From: Minisyncoccota bacterium | GTDB lineage: Bacteria > Patescibacteriota > Minisyncoccia > Phycocordibacterales > UBA9973 | Assembly (NCBI GenBank): GCA_041675085.1 | Contig: JBAYUN010000004.1 | Span: 2,032 to 66,031 of the forward strand | Reading direction: 5' to 3' | Length of the DNA: 64,000 bases | Shown: positions 9,501-16,732 of the stretch, piece by piece | How positions within the stretch are numbered: position 1 is the stretch's first letter | Layout of the letters: every line of letters begins with the position of its first letter | The notes under the pieces: generated by a model | What the model saw: the letters and a program-made list of their open reading frames with translations, nothing else | Told to the model about the DNA's origin: nothing | Database searches by the model: none | Position numbers and translations under genes: made by a program

Positions 9501-10477
9501 TTGGTATCTAGTCCAGTCGACTGCGCCCGACCACCCTCATAAAATACAAACAAATTTGACCTATTTATAATATAGTTCAAAACTGAATTTCCCGAATTGT
9601 CCCTAATCACAAGATCCACATAACCATCAAAATATACAGGGTCCTCCTCTGCACCCAAAACTTTCAAAACTCCTTCCACAAAGAAAATACTAGAATTAAA
9701 TTCTACCACTACTCCAGGCTCGATAACCAAAGTCGCTCCCGAGGCAAGAGTGATATCTTCGTTGACTACATACGGACTACCCTCTTTTGTCCAAGTTGTA
9801 TCTGTAGTAATATCGTCTAAGATTACTGTCCCAGTACCACTATCAGGAGAATCATCTTCACTATCTGATAAAATATAATTCACCGAAAGAGAAATAAAAT
9901 CATGCCCCGTAGTTGTACCGCTTGCCGTCGGAGTCGCGCGATATGCTGAAAATCTAACTTTAGTATTATTTATAAGACTCGCAGTATTCAAGACAGAACT
10001 AGCATCCAAGACATCAACATGATCAACGCTAGAAATACCCACAGTAGATCCAGATATCTCGACAAAACCAACTCCATCCCAAACTTCTATCTTCGATCCT
10101 GCCAAAGCACTCGAACGCTGAAATTCATGATTTATTTTTACTTCATTTATCACCGCATTTGCTGGAACATTTGGCGAAAAAATAAATTCGATGTACCTGT
10201 CGGCAACATACGTATTTTCATCTGGCCATTTATCGCTACGCATTCTATCTACTCCATTACCCGGCTCAGAATCAGAAAAACTTAATTTTTCAATATCACC
10301 TTCTGAAAAAATCTCGGCAACACCAGAACTTTGATCCACACCAGAAGTCACATAATAGACCCCCATATTTTCTGCAATAACTACAGAAATAAAAAAACTG
10401 TTCAACAGAACAGCCATAAGAACAAAAACAAAAAAGTTTTTAAAAATAGAAACCCTGGTTTTTCCTACCAGCGACAT
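6506..10477 (-). CDS. large surface protein: beta-helix repeats plus LCAT/alpha-beta hydrolase domain, C-terminal TM anchor
   Basis: FFPGVQGS, PYDWRL, IAHSTGGL nucleophile elbow, PQVGTP, DGDSTV, late His; TTWTKEGSPY and NNYWG beta-helix caps. Confidence 0.8.
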   Translation of the reverse strand: MSLVGKTRVSIFKNFFVFVLMAVLLNSFFISVVIAENMGVYYVTSGVDQSSGVAEIFSEGDIEKLSFSDSEPGNGVDRMRSDKWPDENTYVADRYIEFIFSPNVPANAVINEVKINHEFQRSSALAGSKIEVWDGVGFVEISGSTVGISSVDHVDVLDASSVLNTASLINNTKVRFSAYRATPTASGTTTGHDFISLSVNYILSDSEDDSPDSGTGTVILDDITTDTTWTKEGSPYVVNEDITLASGATLVIEPGVVVEFNSSIFFVEGVLKVLGAEEDPVYFDGYVDLVIRDNSGNSVLNYIINRSNLFVFYEGGRAQSTGLDTNNDILFFETNSEFADLKATSLYLYDSSMVEINDSLFSGEAKIEVQDYSNLILKNSKVESLNQDSIVNIYNNASASFTNVDILSLDQSNSGISVFGNSNLNFKDGSLSGSRGGFLVYNDSHLNMLNSEISCDNTGISVYNNSAVDFNTGSVNCGVYGMSLFNNVQANFKKVKVFGAMDSGFIVFNNFGDSFVKITDSEITDNLYGFVVYDSVFSANKSNIHNNILSGAFTFRDVDLDFNNNYWGDATGPYHVDLNPNGLGDSVSEHILFEPWLPSWPPVEECVKNCNSNVMFFPGVQGSRMYGEVFDCSSVTPRDPMFCGEQQLWVSPHKVLQEFMFLDEFGKSKNNVYTKNDTESVEGDGGELGVIDEALTVNIYKSFIADLRNLKNTELSLIEDYALIPYDWRLSLEDIIINGKVIGENLSYLNSGDFSESFIVSELRELQRTSRTGKVTLIAHSTGGLVIKALVQKLKDTNDPLYNQIEKIIFIAVPQVGTPEATIAMLHGVPLGPFGILMPSERSREFGENMPTIYNLAPSSGYFNTVDTDQNPILSFQDHPLLENLISKYGSSINTKEELKDFVLGGDGRAKPSVSDTDKPNIVNEYLYSQAELTHGVIDNWQPSPNTKIIEVAGWGEETKVGLKYVIKRKLLGLGREYVSHKPIVSVDGDSTVAFPSALWMENRENVEEWVINLPLFNSLPGPRRDHKNILEIQNLIQFIQAQITDKVFTDNEGIVLKNDNLNFVASNARLHFTLHSPLTLGIFDKEGRYTGLDPVTKEIKQEIPNVNYDMIGTVQFISAPAGIPYTLQLDGYEEGSFTLDVERQEGNNIIQENYFEMIPSSDKTLAYLYIGEDFEVSKAELKVDSDGDGTIDTIYPKVATPEPITPPSSHGVVILINKDNEAKKELVSKTENITPSIGIVLGVESEIPSQSEDIKIQKEEKVLIENKSEGAVQIEAEEIADDSPKESVDVLKEKNTNKNTSFYVIIFIVLLSSFLIKRFIKI

Positions 10478-10530
10478 ACTAAAATTATAATTTTTATAAA
10501 ATCAAAACAAAAGACAAAATCTGTGGATAA

Positions 10531-11193
10531 CTATCCAAGGGCATCCCTTGGATGATTTAACCATTCGTCTATTTCTTTTAGAAAATCTTGCTTTGAAGTA
10601 AAATATTCTGGAAAAGCTTTTATGTTTAGAATCAACACTTCCCTTCTAGGTACTTCTAAAAAATCTAAATAGCTCGAGTTGCTGTAACTGTACAAATAAT
10701 CTTTAGTTTTAGATAAATCATTTATACCTTGCTCCTTCCAAGTTGGGTCAAAAATCTTTACAGGATTGAGGTGAATATACATAAAAATATATTTTAAATA
10801 TTCATCAGAATCTAAATGCTCGGCTCGGAACCTACCTTCAAACAATTTACCCGTCCTGTCGTACTTCTTGTTGAAATACATAGAATACGCAGTCGATAAT
10901 TTCTCCATAAAAATACTAATACCGTTTTCTTGTTTTTCTTTTAGCAATAAATGAAAATGATTTGGCATCAAACAATAACTGCCAATATCGACAAGAGTTT
11001 CGCCTCGTTCTATCTTGTCCAAGGGCACCCCTTGGATAGTTTTAAAGACAACTGGTTTCGAGCCATTGCATACAAATAAAAGCTTTATAAACCTCTTGTA
11101 GTCAAAATCATCCAAAAATATCAAGGATTTATTGTTTCCCCTATTGTAAACATGATAGTATTCGTTAATTGAAAAATTTATCTTTCTTTCCAT
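10531..11193 (-). mobile_element. REP-associated tyrosine transposase (RAYT, Y1 HUH family)
   Basis: YYHVYNRG, YCLMPNHFHLLL (HUH), G.LFEGRF, YIHLNPV, Y.SSY motifs; surrounded by palindromic repeats. Confidence 0.92.
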
Positions 11194-11253
11194 ATTATCT
11201 AAATATCACCACTAACAAATAAAATCCAAGGATTGACCTTGGATTTTATGATT

Positions 11254-11955
11254 TTACAACTTATTTAATCTATCGATTTCTGTTTGGTAAACTGTTTTAT
11301 TTTGAGGATATACTTCTATCGCTTTATTCCAGACTGCTATCGCTTCGTTTTTCTGTCCATTATTTTCAGCTATGCGAGCAAAGTTGGTCATCAGGTTTAT
11401 CTTTGTTTTTGGATCAACTTTATTCATACCTTGATCGTACACTGCCTTTAAAACAGTAAAGCTCGCAGTAGTCTTTTCGTCCATAGCTACCAACTTGTAA
11501 ATCCAATAATCTGTGTAAGTCGGGTTGAGCTCTATCGCTTGGTCTATCATCTCGAGTGCTTTATTCCAATCCCCTTTGGCGCTATATGCAGAGAAAAGTC
11601 TCACATAAACTACATCGGATTTGCTATAAGTCAGAGCTTCATCAAAATAACTTATTGCTTTAGTGTAATCTTTATCATTAAAAGCAGTCGAACCATTAGC
11701 TAAAGCTGTATTGAATTTTGTTTTATTGGTATTTACTACTGGTTTTACTGTTGGGTCTGTCGCACTCGTATTAGTATTTTCTTCTACTTTTTCTGTTTCT
11801 GTAGTAGTGTTCTCATCTATTACCGTACTAGTATTATCTAAATCAATATTTTCTATATCTTCATCAATACCTTTCTTGTAATCCATGAGTCCAGCAATAA
11901 CCAATATGGCTATCATTGCTCCTATTATTATATAATTGATGTATTTTTTATTCAT
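11254..11955 (-). CDS. membrane-anchored TPR protein
   Basis: N-terminal TM then TPR helices (KAISYFDEAL, QAIELNP, KAIEVYP); start moved to MNKKY. Confidence 0.8.
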   Translation of the reverse strand: MNKKYINYIIIGAMIAILVIAGLMDYKKGIDEDIENIDLDNTSTVIDENTTTETEKVEENTNTSATDPTVKPVVNTNKTKFNTALANGSTAFNDKDYTKAISYFDEALTYSKSDVVYVRLFSAYSAKGDWNKALEMIDQAIELNPTYTDYWIYKLVAMDEKTTASFTVLKAVYDQGMNKVDPKTKINLMTNFARIAENNGQKNEAIAVWNKAIEVYPQNKTVYQTEIDRLNKL

Positions 11956-12070
11956 AGTATTAATTATATAGAAAAACAACAAAGAATCAATATTTACCAT
12001 TTATCCAAGGGATGCCCTTGGATAGTTATCCACAGGTGGGCTTGGGTTGGTTTTTGGCTTAGTTTTTAGT

Positions 12071-13528
12071 TTAGTTTACTGAACTTAGCATCTTTTCTTT
12101 GGTTTTTGGACCTATTAGTCCGTCAGCAGTCAATCCATTATCCTTTTGCCATTGCTTGATAACTGCTATCGTCTTTGGTCCTAATTTACCGTCAACTACT
12201 AGACCTAGGTTTAAAACTTGATTCAAGAATCTTTGCAATTCTTTTACAGCTTCACCCTTGCTGCCATTTTTCAAGATAGTGTTTCCAAAATTGTATTTAA
12301 TTATCGGAGTTGCAGATAGAGTGCCAGTATTCACTACGCAAGACTTACCCGTAGTAGTACTAAAGCCAGTTGTTCTATTATCGCAACCTGGTATAACATT
12401 GTCGGCTACTGTAATACTGATACTAATAGGTACGATAATTTCAGAACCATTAGTAGAAATAGGAGTTACAGTCAAAGTCGGAGTCGCAGACACAACTAGA
12501 GGAGCAGGAGCAGGACTTCCACTTCCTCCACTATGCACCACAGCCACATAATCAAAAGTCGCTACTGGAGAAGTGTTATCAAAAAGATCACAACCTACGG
12601 CTTTGACTGTAGTCGAAGCTGTAACATTGAAAGGATTTGCTGTGAGGCCTGTAGTACAAGTCGGAGTCGAGCCATCTACAGTATAATGAATATCAGTAGA
12701 ACCAGTTGAAGATAAAGTCAGAGCTTGAGATGTGAGGTTTACTAAAATCATATTTGTAACGCTCGAAGTCGGAGTGCTTGGGATCTGACGATCAGATACG
12801 TCTTGGTTTTGAGTTGAAGCATTTGAATTTGCAAAAGGTGAAATATCGCGAACTGCATCAAGAGCTATATCTAAACCTGCTCCAGACCAAAAGTCAGGAT
12901 TAAGCAAAGGTTGAGTTGTAAGATTCACAATAGAAGCATCAGTACCATCGACAGCTGCGGCTGTTATCACTACACCATTAGCGGTCAAATCGAAATCAGA
13001 CCCATTAGCTTCTTGAACCGCTACATCTTCAGAAAAAGTAACTGCTATGTTTGTATTACTTGTGGCACTAGCAGAAACAAAAACAGGATTCTGATCATCG
13101 TTCACAGCCAGAGAAGCTCCATGAGCCACAACTTCATTCGTATCTCCGTTGGTGTCAGTTACAGCCAAAGCATCTACATACAATCCATGACTAGCGTCGT
13201 AAGCAGTAGCTGTATCAGAGAAAGGAGTACCTGCGAAAGTTAGAGTCGCTACCCAAGGGTTACCTGGAGTAGTAATAACAGCTGAGACAGGAGTCAGAGG
13301 GCTCACTCCCCCAGTATTCACGTCTATGTGGAATTTAGAGAAATCGATAGAAGCCAAGTTGTGTCCTGGATTATTAAAATAAACCTGAATAGTATTAGAG
13401 GAAACAATATTTCCTCCAGCTGTACCGATATCGGCAGCGGCATTCGCTTTTAGACTAAAAGAGTAAACAAAGACAAAAACCAAACTCGTCACCAATAAAG
13501 ACAAACTCAACTTTTTTATGATTTGCAT
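12071..13528 (-). CDS. secreted protein with Ig-like and chitobiase-type C domains and C-terminal peptidoglycan-binding domain
   Basis: Signal peptide, VTFSEDV, IHYTVDGSTPT, LQRFLN...DGKLGPKT. Confidence 0.8.
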   Translation of the reverse strand: MQIIKKLSLSLLVTSLVFVFVYSFSLKANAAADIGTAGGNIVSSNTIQVYFNNPGHNLASIDFSKFHIDVNTGGVSPLTPVSAVITTPGNPWVATLTFAGTPFSDTATAYDASHGLYVDALAVTDTNGDTNEVVAHGASLAVNDDQNPVFVSASATSNTNIAVTFSEDVAVQEANGSDFDLTANGVVITAAAVDGTDASIVNLTTQPLLNPDFWSGAGLDIALDAVRDISPFANSNASTQNQDVSDRQIPSTPTSSVTNMILVNLTSQALTLSSTGSTDIHYTVDGSTPTCTTGLTANPFNVTASTTVKAVGCDLFDNTSPVATFDYVAVVHSGGSGSPAPAPLVVSATPTLTVTPISTNGSEIIVPISISITVADNVIPGCDNRTTGFSTTTGKSCVVNTGTLSATPIIKYNFGNTILKNGSKGEAVKELQRFLNQVLNLGLVVDGKLGPKTIAVIKQWQKDNGLTADGLIGPKTKEKMLSSVN

Positions 13529-13713
13529 ATTAATTTATTTAGAAAACAATTTTAAATTTAATAATAGAAACAAATAACTAAATTAATTATAACACAAACA
13601 AAAAGCTAAATCATAAATTTATGATTTAGCTTTTTGTTCTACCCTGTGGATAATTATCCAAGGGCATCCCTTGGATTTTGGGAAGGTCAGACCTTCCCTT
13701 TTTTAAGATTAAA

Positions 13714-13956
13714 TTATTCAGTGTAAAAAATATTGTTTATCTCTTCAAGAGTTAGGAATGGTTTCAAAGCTCTGATTATAGCTTTCTGTGTTCCCCTATC
13801 TAATTCGTCATGATTTGGTATTGAGATATTTTGAGTTTCGTTTATATTAACACGACTTAATCTTATATGACTTCCTTTTTGCCTAACAACAACAAAACCA
13901 AGCGCTTCTAATTCTTTAATAATTTCTTTACCTGAAAGTCTTTTAAGATTAGGCAT
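13714..13956 (-). CDS. hicA: HicA family toxin (mRNA interferase)
   Basis: LEALGFVVVRQKGSHIRL...IPNHDELDRGT signature. Confidence 0.9.
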   Translation of the reverse strand: MPNLKRLSGKEIIKELEALGFVVVRQKGSHIRLSRVNINETQNISIPNHDELDRGTQKAIIRALKPFLTLEEINNIFYTE

Positions 13957-14170
13957 ATATCATATCTGCTAAATCAAAATTAATCATAACAGGATGAGAA
14001 ATATTATCCTTTTGATCAACTTCTTCGAAATACAAATCTGTAGCTTCTTTTATATTACTTACAAGCTCCTCAAAGGTTTTACCTTGAGTTACTATCGCAT
14101 AGTCATTTGCAGAGCCGACATAATAGCCGTCTTCTCCTTTTTCTATTTTAAATAATACTATTTTTGACAT
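13949..14170 (-). CDS. hicB: short HicB family antitoxin
   Basis: EDGYYVG...TQGKTFEELVSNIKEA; overlaps hicA start by 8 bp. Confidence 0.88.
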   Translation of the reverse strand: MSKIVLFKIEKGEDGYYVGSANDYAIVTQGKTFEELVSNIKEATDLYFEEVDQKDNISHPVMINFDLADMIYA

Positions 14171-14280
14171 ATTTATATTATATCACAAAATGTTAGAAAA
14201 GATAGGTTTTATTTTATAAAGGGTCTAAAAAAGGAGCTGTGGATAACTATCCAAGGGCATCCCTTGGATGTGGCAAATAC

Positions 14281-14604
14281 TTATTTTTGTTTTTTCTTTT
14301 CTAATAAGTACACACGAGAAGCTAGTTCGTCAAACATACGATGAGTAACAAATTTATCACCTAGATCCAACATATCTCTACGAGTTGCTTTAACATTTTC
14401 GTCTATTTGTTTTACTTTTTCATCTAAAGCATCAAACTTAGAATCTATGCCATCGAATTTAGCATCTATAGCATCAAATTTAGAATCTATACGTTCAAAT
14501 CCCTTAGCAGTCATAATAGCTAAGTTGTTTACAGTTTCTGAAAGATTGTTAACAGTACCTGCTAAATCTTCGATAGTCATTTTCTTTTTTACGACTTTCT
14601 TCAT
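14281..14604 (-). CDS. small coiled-coil protein
   Basis: TIEDLA...LAIMTAKGF then heptads (IDSKFDA repeats); TTGCAT-18-TATAAT promoter. Confidence 0.75.
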   Translation of the reverse strand: MKKVVKKKMTIEDLAGTVNNLSETVNNLAIMTAKGFERIDSKFDAIDAKFDGIDSKFDALDEKVKQIDENVKATRRDMLDLGDKFVTHRMFDELASRVYLLEKKKQK

Positions 14605-15025
14605 TCTTTAATTATATCACACAAGAATTTTGTGATGCAATCTGTATTTATAAAGGGTCTAAAAAAGGAGCTGTGGATAACTATCCAAGGGCATCCCTTG
14701 GATTGGGAGTTTTGGATTTTGGGAAGGTCGGACCTTCCCAGATTTTGGTTTCTTGGTCTTGGGTAGGTCTGACCTCCCCTTTTTAAAATACAAATTGGAA
14801 CGCAAAAAGCCCTCGCTTTCGCGAGGGCTTTTTGCTGCTTTTTACGGCATCCCCTAAAAGTTTTCTTCTTTATTATTTCTTATTTATAAGATTGCATTAT
14901 TCTTTTAGTTGAGTCAAACTTACAAATTATTTTAAAGTTATCCACAATTATTTGCTTTTATTTTTAAAAAAATATATAATATAAGTGTTATTCAAAAAAG
15001 CCACCTGCAAAGGGGGCTTTTTTAT

Positions 15026-15649
15026 TTATATGGATACTACTGGTATTTCTTTCTTTATATTTTCTTTAATATCCAAAAGAGACATATAAAATACTTTATC
15101 TTTCTTTTCACTAACCAAAGCTCGTAGTTTAGTTGAATACACAGCAACAGTAAGCCCAGACTTGATGTCTCGACCAGCATAAGAAACTATTGTAACTTTT
15201 GTAACTCCTTTTTCAAGAGCCTTTCTTATAACATATTCAAAATCTCCATCCCCTGTAAAAATCAACAACTCAACGTCAGGAGCAGATTTATCAATAACAT
15301 CAACCGCCAGTTCCACATCACAATTAGCTTTCTTGCGATATCCCATATTTATAATTTGAATATTATCTTTCAAGCACCCAGAACATTTAAAAGCTATAAT
15401 TTTATCTTTATTTTTGTAAGAAAAAATTGATTTACTTTTAACGATACAACAAGGAGTTTTATTTAATAGATCAAATTCTTTTGCTGTTTCTATATCACCA
15501 TTATCGATACCTGTATAAAAAAGAACCTCAGAACAAGATTTTTTATTTTTTAAAAAGTCAGCTACTTTCATCCAGTCAACAACAAAGTCTAACATTTTTT
15601 CAGTTGTACTTGCTGTATTTTGAACATCCACAAAAGCATATCTTTTCAT
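15026..15649 (-). CDS. NYN domain (PIN-like, LabA/DUF88) protein
   Basis: AFVDVQN, KKANCDVELAVD, FTGDGDFEY acidic motifs, CxxC insertion; start moved to MKRYAF. Confidence 0.88.
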   Translation of the reverse strand: MKRYAFVDVQNTASTTEKMLDFVVDWMKVADFLKNKKSCSEVLFYTGIDNGDIETAKEFDLLNKTPCCIVKSKSIFSYKNKDKIIAFKCSGCLKDNIQIINMGYRKKANCDVELAVDVIDKSAPDVELLIFTGDGDFEYVIRKALEKGVTKVTIVSYAGRDIKSGLTVAVYSTKLRALVSEKKDKVFYMSLLDIKENIKKEIPVVSI

Positions 15650-15963
15650 AAATAAAATTATACTATATTTTTTTCCTTCATTCAATACGATAAACATAAG
15701 CTGGATTTATGAAAGTTAATACATACAATCTGTTTTAAAACTAGGCTGTGGATAACTATCCAAGGGCATCCCTTGGATACGGGGTTTTGGTGAGTAGTGG
15801 GTAGTGGATATTGAGATTGGAACCCCAGTCAGTCGCGACTGACTGGGCAAGAACGCAAAAAGCCCTCGCTTTCGCGAGGGCTTTTTACTGCTTTTTGCGG
15901 CATCCCCTAAAAGTTTTCTTCTTTCTTATTTCTAAGATTGAATTATTCTTTTAGTTCGAGATT

Positions 15964-16452
15964 TTAACTTAGAACTTTTTCTTCTAGGATTTCTATTCTT
16001 CTATCGTGATTATTTACAGTATCAGACATATCATCAAATTTTTCATTTAACTCTTTGAAGTTTTCTCTAGTTTCTATTTTAAATGATTTTAAATCTGTTT
16101 CAAGATTATTAAAATGAGTATTAGTTTCAAGTTTAAAAAGATTCAGATTAGTTTCTAAGCCATCAACTTTATCAGTTAGCTTAGAGACACTAATTGCAAC
16201 AGTTTCAACTAATTGAGTAAGGCTTCCTAGATCACTTTTTATATCAACTATGTCATTCTTAACACCAGCCATATCTCCTTTAAGACCACCTATGTCATTT
16301 TTAATGTCGAGCAAGTCTTCCTTGGTGGCGAAAGACTTTAGGTCTTCTTTGGTAGCGAAAGACTTTAGATCTTCTTTAGTGGCAAGATTTTCAAGATCTT
16401 TTTTGGTTAAGAATATTGAAGCTAATTTTTGTATGTCTTGATCTGTTAACAT
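15964..16452 (-). CDS. coiled-coil protein with ATKEDL repeats
   Basis: (L/F)ATKEDLKS 9-aa repeats and heptads; same promoter block as 14281..14604. Confidence 0.75.
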   Translation of the reverse strand: MLTDQDIQKLASIFLTKKDLENLATKEDLKSFATKEDLKSFATKEDLLDIKNDIGGLKGDMAGVKNDIVDIKSDLGSLTQLVETVAISVSKLTDKVDGLETNLNLFKLETNTHFNNLETDLKSFKIETRENFKELNEKFDDMSDTVNNHDRRIEILEEKVLS

Positions 16453-16732
16453 TCTTTAATTATATCACACAAGAATTTTGTGATGCAATCTGTATTTATA
16501 AAGGGTCTAAAAATGAACCTGTGGATAACTATCCAAGGGCATCCCTTGGATTTATGGTTTTGGGTTTTGGGGAGATCAGACCTTCCCTTTTCTTTTTTTT
16601 CCTTTTTTAAAATACAAATTGGAACGCAAAAAGCCCTCGCTTTCGCGGGGGCTTTTTGCTGCTTTTTACGGCATCCCTTAAAAGTTTTCTTCTTTCTTAT
16701 TTCTAAGATTGAATTATTCTTTTAGTTCAAAA

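Larger units (their letters stand above)
10521..16551. repeat. REP family A: CTGTGGATAA(C/T)T-ATCCAAGGGCATCCCTTGGAT
   Basis: Hairpin copies at 10533-10553, 12003-12023 (inverted), 13656-13676, 14249-14269, 14683-14703, 15758-15778, 16531-16551; variants at 11018-11036 and 11221-11247. Confidence 0.95.
13680..16587. repeat. REP family B: GGGAAGGTC(A/G/T)GACCTTCCC
   Basis: Copies at 13680-13698, 14721-14739, 14761-14779 (degenerate), 16569-16587 (degenerate), each just right of a family A copy. Confidence 0.85.
14797..16728 (-). repeat. triplicated ~110-bp block containing terminator AAAAAGCCCTCGC-ttt-CGCGAGGGCTTTTT
   Basis: Near-identical copies at ~14797-14910, ~15851-15957 and ~16621-16728; the last is the 3' UTR of the S-layer-like gene. 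Confidence 0.9.

Noticed and set aside
10521-16551. CRISPR array interpretation of the 21-bp palindromic repeats
   Set aside because: Spacing is 400-1700 bp with whole genes in between, one copy is inverted, and no cas genes are present
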